Assembly (NCBI GenBank): GCA_019358935.1 | Contig: JAHHIK010000054.1 | Span: forward strand, 1 to 56,240 | Direction: 5' to 3' | DNA from: Tolypothrix carrinoi HA7290-LM1 | GTDB taxonomy: Bacteria > Cyanobacteriota > Cyanobacteriia > Cyanobacteriales > Nostocaceae | DNA length: 56,240 nt | Shown: positions 1 through 8,470 of the stretch, in pieces | Position numbering within the stretch: the stretch's first letter is position 1 | Layout of the letters: every line of letters starts with the position of its first letter | Notes under the pieces: model-generated | What the model was told of the DNA's origin: nothing | Databases searched by the model: none | Seen by the model: the letters and a program-made list of their open reading frames with translations, nothing else | Translations under genes and position numbers: made by a program

Positions 1-134
1 GGAGTGAAAAATCAACCCTGAAAGCTATCGCAAAGTGCAAAATTCCAGATTCCAATTTTACGACCCAAATAGACCTTGCGATCGCAGCTTAATTTCCGCA
101 CCTTTTTTATGGTGACCTGTACTAAGTGAAAGAT

Positions 135-462
135 TGCCATCGACCATAACCGCCTATGTTGAGGTGAACTCAGCAAAGCACGTATGGTCGATGTGGAACC
201 AACTGAATAAACAGATCAAACGTTCCGGTGAAATAAATCGCAGACACGATTACTTTACCGTTTCTAACTGGAGTTTCCTAGCCAACCTCGAAACCGAGGA
301 AGCGTAAGCACTAGGAAAGAACGCTTTCACTTACACCGTGGAGTGAGGTATGGACAAATTATCTAGCTAGTGGTAGTTCTGTCCACACATTTAGAAGCGG
401 TAGTTGGCATGGGAATTACTTAAGAGACCCGATGAATAAATTTCTTATCTAGTCATCAGGAG
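135..462 (+). ncRNA. Candidate highly structured RNA / 5' leader upstream of TerB-like gene (family not recognised)
   Basis: Consecutive stems: 138-148/183-193 (11-bp perfect) with inner 157-163/169-175; 195-199/222-226; 226-232/254-260 with inner 236-240/247-251; 274-281/311-318 enclosing two small hairpins; 325-334/338-348; 351-363/372-385; long-range 256-267/391-402; 431-435/453-457 directly before SD AGGAG (458-462). Confidence 0.55.
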
Positions 463-467
463 TAAAC

Positions 468-950
468 ATGGCTACTGACAATGCAGGTTTGTTGTGGTTA
501 TTAAAAGAAAAATACACTTTTAGCAAAGTTCCAAGCCCTGAAGCTTATGATGGTTACTTGAAGTCTGTTCTCATTTGTGCTAACGGAGACGGTAAATTGG
601 CTCCAGAAGAGAGAGACTGGGTTGTTGGGTTTGCTTGTGCCTATGGCGCATCAGATTCATTAGTCGAGGAACTCAAATCTTACGAAGCTACAGAAGATAT
701 TGAGAAGGTTATTTCTGTAGCTGTGGAATCAGATGGTTCGCGGCGTTATCTTGTTTACGAGGCTATTAAAGCTTGCAGTGCTGATGGGGAATATAGCGAT
801 CCAGAAAGGGCAACTGTAGCAAAAATGGCAGCTAAACTGGGCATTTCTTGTGATGTCGTCAAACAAATTGAAGAAATCTGTATGGAAGAAGCCAAACTAC
901 GGGAGAAAAGACTGGCTTTGATGTATCCGGAGGGACCACCTATCTTCTAG
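468..950 (+). CDS. TerB-like (tellurite-resistance TerB fold) protein
   Basis: Two TerB-type motifs (ANGDGKLAPEER; SADGEYSDPER) and KLGIS end motif; SD AGGAG 5 nt before ATG. Confidence 0.7.
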   Translation: MATDNAGLLWLLKEKYTFSKVPSPEAYDGYLKSVLICANGDGKLAPEERDWVVGFACAYGASDSLVEELKSYEATEDIEKVISVAVESDGSRRYLVYEAIKACSADGEYSDPERATVAKMAAKLGISCDVVKQIEEICMEEAKLREKRLALMYPEGPPIF

Positions 951-990
951 CCGTTTTTTTAACCTTCTTGTGGTTGAGTAAAAATCAAGG

Positions 991-1326
991 CTAAAGAATG
1001 TACAATTTAGCCAAAAACGGTCTTAACCCATTATTCAACACAGCGATCGCAATTCCCCCCACACCAATCACGAGAAGCACCCACATCGGGACCGGCGGCT
1101 TTGAGAACTTCGCGGGTCGTTCCAAATAAACTATAAAGAGAGGAACTTCGCTTCAAAGTACCAAACCCTGGTCAACTTCCAAAGGTTATACAGCAATGCG
1201 CGTTACCAATTCCACATAAAGCGACCAAGCGGCTTTCTTTTGTGTGGTGTCAACTTTCCAAGCCATCGAACCAATGCCAAAAGGCAGACTTACAGATACA
1301 GTTTCTAAGGAAACGCGATCGCGCAT
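991..1326 (-). pseudogene. Pseudogene of a conserved hypothetical protein (copy 1)
   Basis: Manual translation MRDRVSLETVSVSLPFGIGSMAWKVDTTQKKAAWSLYVELVTRIAV*PLEVDQG, then frameshifted SSLYSLFGTTREVLKAAGPDVGASRD and GGIAIAVLNNGLRPFLAK; premature TAA at 1186-1188. Confidence 0.7.
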
Positions 1327-1330
1327 ATTT
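1058..1330. repeat. 273-bp direct repeat, copy 1 (copy 2 at 3037-3309)
   Basis: Identical to 3037-3309 by eye except 5 substitutions at 1238, 1239, 1242, 1247, 1248. Confidence 0.92.
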
Positions 1331-1489
1331 CTAGTAAGCAAATTTAACTAAATTATTTAGGTTTATTATAGTAAAATTGCTCATCATAGCTGCAAAATCA
1401 GCCTTAAATCATATTGTCGCAGCAACGGGCGCGATCGCACCTTGGATTGATCAATGATAACGCGATCGCGCATTTGGTAAAATTTCAAC

Positions 1490-1828
1490 ATGGAAGTTCA
1501 ACCAAAAGAAATCAGGAATTATTTAAGATTTGATGGTATAGATATTTTTTATGAGTGGTTTGATTCTCTGCGGGATAGAAAAGCAAAAGCTAAAATTAGA
1601 GCAAGGCTTGACCGAGTAGAGGAGGGTAATTTAGGTGATTGTAAATCAGTTGGTGATGGTGTTTTTGAACTCAGAATAGACTATGGTTCTGGCTACCGCA
1701 TATACTTTGGGCAGGAAGGGTCAACAATTATTATTCTTTTGTGTGGTGGCGATAAAAGCACTCAAGATAAAGATATTGCTAAAGCCAAGAAATATTGGAA
1801 AGACTATAGGAGTAGAGATGATGCCTAA
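1490..1828 (+). CDS. Type II toxin, RelE/ParE superfamily (addiction module killer, HigB-like)
   Basis: ARLDRVEEGNLGDCKSVGDGVFELRIDYGSGYRIYF...LLCGGDKSTQDKDI signature. Confidence 0.9.
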   Translation: MEVQPKEIRNYLRFDGIDIFYEWFDSLRDRKAKAKIRARLDRVEEGNLGDCKSVGDGVFELRIDYGSGYRIYFGQEGSTIIILLCGGDKSTQDKDIAKAKKYWKDYRSRDDA

Positions 1829-2114
1829 AAGTACAAGTTATCATGAAAAACTGATTCAAGACTTAAAAAATCCACTAGAAGCAGCAGTTTATATCGAAGT
1901 TGTTTTAGAAGAAAGCGATCCGAAAATGTTAAGTAAGGCGTTGAAAAATGTCATAGAAGCGCATGGTGGAGTTGATCAGCTTTCTGCACAAGTCAAGGAA
2001 CTCTACAATAAACTTGACCAGATGCTATTAGAGAAAGGCGAAATTGAGTTTTACAGTCTAAATTCTTTGTTGGATGCTTTAGGGTTACATTTGGCAGTAA
2101 CAGTAAAGCCGTAA
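1818..2114 (+). CDS. Cognate antitoxin (addiction module antidote-like)
   Basis: Overlaps the toxin stop; LKNPLEAAVYI...DPKMLSKALKNVIEAHGG...LLDALGLHL pattern; start at ATG 1818 or 1821 rather than 1683. Confidence 0.8.
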   Translation: MMPKSTSYHEKLIQDLKNPLEAAVYIEVVLEESDPKMLSKALKNVIEAHGGVDQLSAQVKELYNKLDQMLLEKGEIEFYSLNSLLDALGLHLAVTVKP

Positions 2115-2150
2115 TTCGCAATTCGCAATTCGCAATTCGCAATTCGCAAT
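2113..2150. repeat. STRR heptamer array (AATTCGC)n
   Basis: About 5 tandem copies between the convergent antitoxin and four-helix-bundle stops. Confidence 0.9.
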
Positions 2151-2527
2151 TAACTAGATAGGTTGCCGTTAATTTTATTTTTTATTTTTCGGGTAGAAGC
2201 GACTAGAATTTTACCAATTTCTTTAGTTTCTTGGAGAAGAGACTCAAATTTATTTTTTTCAACTAATTCCGACTCTATTAATATTTCTAGCCAATATTCT
2301 GTTTCTCTTTCTTCCTTAAGTGCAATTTCCAATTTGTGAAGGAAATCTTTATTAGATTGAGCAGATTGAGCTTCTCTGACATTTGCACCAATGGAAGTAC
2401 CACTACGTAGTAGTTGATTTGATAATGTTCGACAAACTCCAGGCTTTTCATCTAAGAAACTACAAGCTTTAACTATCCTGATTGCCAAGGCTTTCGTTCT
2501 ATCGCTAATAGAAATATTTTGATTCAT
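2150..2527 (-). CDS. Four-helix-bundle protein (23S rRNA IVP-like family)
   Basis: QLLRSGTSIGANVREAQSAQSNKDFLHKLEIALKE..ETEYWLEIL signature; likely ATG at 2527 (MNQNIS). Confidence 0.88.
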   Translation of the reverse strand: MNQNISISDRTKALAIRIVKACSFLDEKPGVCRTLSNQLLRSGTSIGANVREAQSAQSNKDFLHKLEIALKEERETEYWLEILIESELVEKNKFESLLQETKEIGKILVASTRKIKNKINGNLSS

Positions 2528-2571
2528 ACATTTGAGTCTAAACTGATAATACTTTTCACCAGACTTAAACC

Positions 2572-2763
2572 AATTCGCAATTCGCAATTCGCAATTCGCA
2601 ATGGGCTACGCTAACGCAATTACGTTTTGTGACGGGGATTTAGACCCCTACACAAAACGCGCTGCCCTTCTTAGGCAGGGGACTTAAATCCCTAAAGTTT
2701 GTTAAATGTTATTTATTTTACTCTAAACAAATTGCGAATTGCGAATTGCGAATTGCGAATTGC
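2572..2763. mobile_element. Inverted-STRR-armed, hairpin-core element (MITE-like)
   Basis: (AATTCGC)n left arm, (TTGCGAA)n right arm; core hairpins CGTTTTGTG...CACAAAACG, CTGCC...GGCAG, GGGA...TCCC. Confidence 0.5.
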
Positions 2764-2848
2764 ACCGTGCCAGGTATCGGAATTATGAAATGTAGATTCT
2801 ACCGTGCATCTGGGGTTGGTAATAAATCTTTATAAATATCGGAAAGCC

Positions 2849-3046
2849 TTAGATGTTACACTTTACAAGTCTCGATGCGAGAGATACGAACCCCCACTCA
2901 CCCCTAATAAATACGCGACTGGGGAGGTGTCCTCTTGGGGAAGAGGTATCAAATGGGGAAGAGGTATCAAAAGTTCCTACCGAGTAATTGATCCAACTAC
3001 TTTCCACTCTCCATCCTACGCGATCGCCAAACTTCTCCCACACCAA
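2849..3046 (-). pseudogene. C-terminal remnant of a GUN4-domain protein
   Basis: WEKFGDRVGWR...W..Y...FD..SPRGHLP...SLASRLVKCNI is the GUN4-domain tail; the N-terminal part is missing; 18-bp tandem duplication at 2936-2971. Confidence 0.75.
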
Positions 3047-3309
3047 TCACGAGAAGCACCCACATCGGGACCGGCGGCTTTGAGAACTTCGCGGGTCGTT
3101 CCAAATAAACTATAAAGAGAGGAACTTCGCTTCAAAGTACCAAACCCTGGTCAACTTCCAAAGGTTATACAGCAATGCGCGTTACCAATTCCACATAAAG
3201 CGACCAAGCGGCTTTCCGTTCTGTGAGGTCAACTTTCCAAGCCATCGAACCAATGCCAAAAGGCAGACTTACAGATACAGTTTCTAAGGAAACGCGATCG
3301 CGCATATTT
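3037..3309. repeat. 273-bp direct repeat, copy 2 (5' part of the same minus-strand pseudogene, ATG at 3305)
   Basis: Matches 1058-1330 including the same premature stop (3165-3167) and frameshifts. Confidence 0.92.
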
Positions 3310-3409
3310 ACTCACTCTTTAACCTAAAGTTTTATGGTAATATCTGGATATTTTGAACTAATTCAGATAAACTAACACATTTGTCCGTTGCATCACCTTA
3401 TGATTGTAT

Positions 3410-3727
3410 ATGTCTAAAACTTACACCGTTGAAATTTTACACCAAGGCAAAACTCACAGTTTGCAAGTTGCTGAAAATGAAACCGTCTTATCAGTTGCCG
3501 ATGCTGCTGGTTTAGATTTACCAAGTTCTTGTCATGCAGGTGTTTGCACAACTTGTGCGGCTCAAATTAGTCAAGGAACTGTAGATCAAACTGATGGCAT
3601 GGGTGTTAGTCCAGAATTACAAAAACAAGGTTATGCTCTACTTTGTGTCGCTTATCCGCGTTCGGATTTAAAAGTGGAGACAGAAAAAGAAGATATCGTT
3701 TATCAGTTACAATTTGGTAAAGAATGA
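3410..3727 (+). CDS. 2Fe-2S plant-type ferredoxin (Fed3/FdC1-like)
   Basis: PSSCHAGVCTTC...LLCVAYPRSD cluster motif with acidic C-terminal extension EKEDIVYQLQFG; ATG at 3410. Confidence 0.92.
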   Translation: MSKTYTVEILHQGKTHSLQVAENETVLSVADAAGLDLPSSCHAGVCTTCAAQISQGTVDQTDGMGVSPELQKQGYALLCVAYPRSDLKVETEKEDIVYQLQFGKE

Positions 3728-3869
3728 TAAATGTTAGTTGTTAATTGTTAGTTGGCAAAAAAGTCTTACTAAGTACTATAGATTAACGACTAAAAATTAT
3801 TTCAGCAGGATTACAGTTAAATATTAATCAAGCTATTCACGCTCAAACACTAATCAAGCATAAACTAAG

Positions 3870-4049
3870 ATGACTACACATTTTATAACCGCAGAAATTG
3901 ACTTGCAAGAAACAAACTCAGAATTACAAAAAGCAATTGAGACAGAGTTGCAAAAAGAGGGAGAACCTCTGAGATGGGCAATTACTTCTGTAGATGTTGA
4001 AAAAGAATCATGCACTGTTGAAGCTGTTGTAACTAAAGTTGAGAGTTAG
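3870..4049 (+). CDS. Small hypothetical protein (59 aa), not in the ORF track
   Basis: MTTHFITAEIDLQETNSELQKAIETELQKEGEPLRWAITSVDVEKESCTVEAVVTKVES; GEPLRWAIT motif recalled from small cyanobacterial proteins next to this ferredoxin. Confidence 0.8.
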   Translation: MTTHFITAEIDLQETNSELQKAIETELQKEGEPLRWAITSVDVEKESCTVEAVVTKVES

Positions 4050-4282
4050 TTGTTGGTGGTTAGTTGTTGGTGGTTAGTTGTTGGGCAATGGGCAATGGGC
4101 AATGGGCAATGGGCAATGGGCACGCTCGCATTGAAAATTAGGAATTGAGAATTGGGAATGCGTTTTTTACCATTACCCATGCCCTATGCACCATGCACCA
4201 TGCCCCATGCCCCATGCCCCATGCCCCATGCCCACTATCCACTATCCACGCTCCTCTTAACTCCTCACTCCTCACTCCTCAC
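4044..4282. repeat. Mixed STRR arrays
   Basis: (TAGTTGT/TGGTGGT), (GGGCAAT)n, (ATGCCCC)n and (ACTCCTC)n heptamers. Confidence 0.9.
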
Positions 4283-4305
4283 TTTTAATTAAAGCGAAGC
4301 AATTA

Positions 4306-5370
4306 ATGCGTCCATATACTGCTATTTTAATTGTACCAACTGGCGTTGGGGCAGAAATTGGGGGTTATGCAGGAGATGCATTGCCAGTTGCTTCATGTGT
4401 ATCTCAAGTTTGCGATCGCCTAATTACTCATCCCAATGTCCTCAATGGTGCAAGTTTATATTGGAATCTACCCAACGCTTTCTACGTTGAAGGTTATGGG
4501 CTTGACAAATTTGCCGCCGGATGCTGGGGTTTGCGTCCAGTTCATCAAAACCGCATAGGTTTGCTTTTAGACCAAGGAATTGAGCCAGAGTTGCGACTGC
4601 GACATCTGCAAGCAGCGGATGCCGCCAGAGCCACTTTAGGATTGTCGTTGACAGATTATGTAATAAGTGATGCACCTTTAGAAGTAGAATTGCGGTCATC
4701 GGCATCGGGTGCGAGTTGGGGGACAATTGGCAACCCAGATAGCTTGTTAAGGGCAGCGTCAGTACTGATAAATAAAGCTGGGGCGCAGGCGATCGCAGTT
4801 GTTGCCCGTTTCCCCGATAATATTGATGAACAAGCCGATCAAAACTACCGCCACGGTAAAGGAGTCGATGCGATCGCTGGGGCAGAAGCCGTAATTAGCC
4901 ATTTAATAGTGCGAACCTTTCAAATTCCTTGTGCCCATTCCCCCGCGCTTTCTCCCGCACCTTTAGATCCCGATTTATCTCCACGTTCCGCCGCCGAAGA
5001 ATTGGGCTATACTTTCTTACCATGCGTGCTTGTCGGTTTGAGTCGCGCACCCCAATTTATTGTCCCCCAAACTCATCAATTGCCCGAACCGACTGACATT
5101 TGGGCTAATCAAGTTGATGCCGTCATCGTACCCGCAACCGCCTGTGGTGGTAGCACTCTGTTAAGCTTGAATAATAGACGATGCCAAATCATCACCGTCC
5201 TTGAAAACAAAACTCAGATGCAAGTTCCTCCCGAACCCTTGGGAATCAAGTGCATACAGGTAAACTCATATTTAGAGGCAGTAGGTGCATTAGTAGCACA
5301 CAAAGCAGGCATCAACTTATCTGCCCTAAGCTCAAAAATATCGTCTTTGCAGTCATTTGTTAGTGGTTAG
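4306..5370 (+). CDS. DUF3326 family protein
   Basis: IVPTGVGAEIGGYAGDALP, ITHPNVLNGA, GVDAIAGAEAVISH, AAEELGYTFLPCVL motifs. Confidence 0.88.
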   Translation: MRPYTAILIVPTGVGAEIGGYAGDALPVASCVSQVCDRLITHPNVLNGASLYWNLPNAFYVEGYGLDKFAAGCWGLRPVHQNRIGLLLDQGIEPELRLRHLQAADAARATLGLSLTDYVISDAPLEVELRSSASGASWGTIGNPDSLLRAASVLINKAGAQAIAVVARFPDNIDEQADQNYRHGKGVDAIAGAEAVISHLIVRTFQIPCAHSPALSPAPLDPDLSPRSAAEELGYTFLPCVLVGLSRAPQFIVPQTHQLPEPTDIWANQVDAVIVPATACGGSTLLSLNNRRCQIITVLENKTQMQVPPEPLGIKCIQVNSYLEAVGALVAHKAGINLSALSSKISSLQSFVSG

Positions 5371-5597
5371 TTGTTAGTAGTTAGTAGTTAGTTGTTAGTT
5401 GTTAGGTGTTAGTAGTTAGTAGATAGGTATTGGGCATTTATCCCCCCTGTCCACGGACACCTTCCTCACTCCTCCACCCCCGCACTCGCGCTCGTCCTCC
5501 CCTTGTCCTCCTTGTCCCCCCTGTCCTCCTTGTCCCCCTGTCCCCCTGTCCCCCCCTCTCAAGAACTCTCCCTCTCCCCCCTCCCCCCTCTCCTCCC

Positions 5598-6179
5598 GTG
5601 GAACAACAACAAAAGCAAGAACCAGAAATTCCCTACTTGACACGCACCCAAGTGCTTGTGGCAATGGGTGTGACTGCAATAATTTTGTGGATAATTGCCA
5701 AGTTGTGGTTGCGCTTTGGCAACGTGGCGATATTTTCTTGGCGCTGGCAAGAAAAAGATTTACTTTTAGGAATAGCCTTAGGATTAATCATCACCGCTGT
5801 GAGTGGATTAGCTTATCGTTTTTGGGCTGCTTACCGCAAAAGTGCAGATTATTACTTAGAAATAGTACTTAAACCTTTAGCTTTACCAGACATAATTTGG
5901 CTGGGGTTGCTACCAGCATTAAGTGAAGAATTGTTATTTCGAGGTGTAATGTTGCCGGCTTTGGGAGGAGATCATGTAGCGGTAATTGTATCGAGTCTCT
6001 GTTTTGGCGTCTTACACCTTAGCAGTCCCCAACAATGGACTTATGTAATTTGGGCAACTATTGTTGGGTTAATATTAGGGTACAGCGCTGTTATTAGTGG
6101 TAACTTGTTAGTGCCGATTGTTGCTCATATGTTGACGAATTTGATTTCTAGTTATTTCTGGAAAATTCGGCGATTGTAG
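5598..6179 (+). CDS. CPBP (CAAX/Abi) family intramembrane metalloprotease
   Basis: EELLFRG, FGVLH and AHMLTN motifs; likely GTG start at 5598 because the upstream in-frame part is STRR repeat. Confidence 0.9.
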   Translation: MEQQQKQEPEIPYLTRTQVLVAMGVTAIILWIIAKLWLRFGNVAIFSWRWQEKDLLLGIALGLIITAVSGLAYRFWAAYRKSADYYLEIVLKPLALPDIIWLGLLPALSEELLFRGVMLPALGGDHVAVIVSSLCFGVLHLSSPQQWTYVIWATIVGLILGYSAVISGNLLVPIVAHMLTNLISSYFWKIRRL

Positions 6180-6211
6180 GTAATTTAACATTTTGCATTT
6201 CGCCGAACGAT

Positions 6212-6271
6212 TTAGACCAATTTCCCCAAGCTTTGGCAATTCATAGACAAGTAGACGATCGCACTGGAGAA
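6212..6271 (+). pseudogene. Tiny TPR-gene remnant
   Basis: Translates LDQFPQALAIHRQVDDRTGE, resembling the cyanobacterial TPR repeat (QQALAI.R.VGDR.GE). Confidence 0.35.
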
Positions 6272-6438
6272 ACCAGTGTAATAAAGCTTCGTCTTCTTTT
6301 TGATGTATAGAAACAGAGCCTAATACGATAAATACGTTAATATTTTCTCGAAAACACGTATTAATAGTTGTTAAAACGAGTAAAAGTTTTAATGTCTACG
6401 GTAGTATAAGGATACTTTGCTAACTGATATTTTCAGTA

Positions 6439-7731
6439 TTGTTACCTGTGAAACTACCCAAGTTAGTTGCTCTCCTGTTGACCATTTCCCTTTCTGTAAT
6501 TCCTCAGATTGCTGTTGCCCAAACATATGAGCAGCTAATTCAGCAAGGCAAGAATGCTTCAACCGCAGGAGATTTTGTTAAGGCAGAAGCCATTTGGCGA
6601 GAAGCTCTTCGGCGCAAGCCTAAAGACCCTAATGTGTGGGTTTTTCTAGGCAGATCCTTACGTCTTCAAGATAAACTGGATGAAGCTCTTACCGCCTACA
6701 GAAAAGCAATCGAACTCAACCCTCAAAACCCTTATGCGTTTAACGGTCTAGGGAACACGTTAGCATCTCAAGAAAACAGACTTGATGAGGCGATCGCTGC
6801 TTATCGTAAGGCAATTCAAATCGATCCCAAATTTGGGTTTGCTTACACTGGTTTGGGAAATATACTGTACGCTCAAAACAAAATACCAGAGGCGATCGCT
6901 TACTATCGTAAGGCTATTGAACTAGACCCCAAAGATCCGATTCCTCGAAACAACTTGGAGGAGCTTCAAAGAGAGTTAGCTTTGCGGCAAAATCCACAGT
7001 ATGTAACTCAGCAGCAAGGTCAGCAGCAAACTGTTATAATCAGTACACCTGGAAATTATCAAATTGCAACTGGTTTACCAGAAAAGCCTCTGCCGCTACC
7101 TTTCGCTTCAGTAGTCAGAGTTGTAGCTAAGAATCCAGGGACTAACTATGGTACTGGATGGGTTTTAAAGCGTGATGAAAATCGTGTTTGGATTCTCACA
7201 AATCACCATGTCTTAATAGACACCAATAAACAACCTTATAAGGAAATTGCAGTGGAGTTTTACAGCCCTAGCAGAATACCACCACGGTTTGCTGCCAAGA
7301 TTGTGCAGCCTACCAAAAAGAATGATTCTAATGACTCCCTTGATATTGCAATCCTAGAAGTAATGAATGTTCCTAGTAGTATGAACATTCCGGCTCTCCA
7401 AATGTCTTCTATAGATGTTTCTTCAAATACTGTTCCAGTACCAGTACGAACCATTGGTCACCCTAACGTTACCGAGGTATCAGACTGGACTCCCGATAGT
7501 GGAGAGATCAATAAAATAACACCCCAGCGGTTACAACTATCTAAGTTCACTCTGTATGAGGGTCATTCAGGCTCACCTGTGTTGGATCGGCAAAATCATG
7601 TAGTTGGTATTGTCTATGCCATAAGTACTCCTGACGTTGAAAAGGGAAAGACTGGCACTGGTGGTTATGGATTTGCCTACCCAATAGATTTAGTAAAAAA
7701 TCAACTACGTACCTGGGGCTATGAATTCTAG
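6439..7731 (+). CDS. Secreted TPR-repeat + trypsin-like serine protease
   Basis: Signal peptide (..IAVA-Q), about 4 TPRs (AYRKAIELNP/DP), protease triad motifs TNHHV, DIAIL, GHSGSPV. Confidence 0.88.
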   Translation: MLPVKLPKLVALLLTISLSVIPQIAVAQTYEQLIQQGKNASTAGDFVKAEAIWREALRRKPKDPNVWVFLGRSLRLQDKLDEALTAYRKAIELNPQNPYAFNGLGNTLASQENRLDEAIAAYRKAIQIDPKFGFAYTGLGNILYAQNKIPEAIAYYRKAIELDPKDPIPRNNLEELQRELALRQNPQYVTQQQGQQQTVIISTPGNYQIATGLPEKPLPLPFASVVRVVAKNPGTNYGTGWVLKRDENRVWILTNHHVLIDTNKQPYKEIAVEFYSPSRIPPRFAAKIVQPTKKNDSNDSLDIAILEVMNVPSSMNIPALQMSSIDVSSNTVPVPVRTIGHPNVTEVSDWTPDSGEINKITPQRLQLSKFTLYEGHSGSPVLDRQNHVVGIVYAISTPDVEKGKTGTGGYGFAYPIDLVKNQLRTWGYEF

Positions 7732-8467
7732 AATCTTATCAATATCAACTTTTTTTGTCAGTTTTGTGCTAACGAACCTGAGTTCTCTGCCTACTCAGGC
7801 TTGTTCTTCTGGCAACGCTCGTGAAACTACCTACCAACGTCGAGATGGCAATCGTTGTGAAGGTATCAAGCCTTCTATTCGAGTCAGTGGAGGTCTAAAC
7901 CTCATCTCTATAGCGACCCGTCGCATTTCTGAACCGCTCAATGACACTATAAACTTGAAAGTGCCTCGCTTACGTGGTGGTGGCAATCCAGAAGTGAGCT
8001 TAAGTTCAGTAATTAAGCGATACCAGTTAGATAATTTATCTCTCAAATCCGAGTCATCTGGCTTCACTTTTGGTTGGTCTACATATGTACTGAAAAAAGG
8101 AGAAGTCCCTGTCAATACTCTACGCGCCCTTGCTTCATTTAACCAAGGTTCTCACCGAGTGTACATGCCTGTAACAATTGGACAGTCCTCTGGTAAGTAT
8201 GAGTTTGTTATCTTCTCTAACGGTCCTGCAAAAGTTCGTAGCTTCCAAATCCGCCTAAATGGGCAAGATATTTACACTAGCCCTTCCCGTTCATCTCAAG
8301 GCGGCGAGATCATTTTTACTTGGGATGGACGCAAAAAGGATGGAAGCATCGCTCCATCTGGTCAATACGAACTGAAGGTATTGGCTGAACAAGAGAAATA
8401 TGATAGACAACCAGAACAAAGCAAAATTCAGATACAGTTTGCACACAATCCAAATTGGCTCAAATAA
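7721..8467 (+). CDS. Secreted hypothetical protein with C-terminal FlgD-type Ig-like motif
   Basis: Signal peptide (TQA-C), Cys pair near the N-terminus, FTWDGRKKDGSIAPSGQYELKV; overlaps the upstream stop. Confidence 0.75.
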   Translation: MNSRILSISTFFVSFVLTNLSSLPTQACSSGNARETTYQRRDGNRCEGIKPSIRVSGGLNLISIATRRISEPLNDTINLKVPRLRGGGNPEVSLSSVIKRYQLDNLSLKSESSGFTFGWSTYVLKKGEVPVNTLRALASFNQGSHRVYMPVTIGQSSGKYEFVIFSNGPAKVRSFQIRLNGQDIYTSPSRSSQGGEIIFTWDGRKKDGSIAPSGQYELKVLAEQEKYDRQPEQSKIQIQFAHNPNWLK

Positions 8468-8470
8468 ATC

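Noticed and set aside
2804..3115. 103-aa plus-strand ORF
   Set aside because: It is the antisense of the GUN4 remnant and the duplicated pseudogene, which carry the recognisable motifs.
1058..3309. Diversity-generating retroelement (repeat pair as TR/VR, four-helix bundle as Avd)
   Set aside because: No reverse transcriptase in the window; only 3 of 5 mismatches are at adenines and all cluster in 11 bp; both copies are pseudogenic.
5416..5679. ORFs and N-terminal extensions made of STRR (also 15451, 16574-16929, 24518-24841, 25327-25753, 29643-30158, 45945-46309, 55279-55496)
   Set aside because: Translations such as PLSPLS, GQGGQG and MPNAQC are by-products of stop-free repeats.
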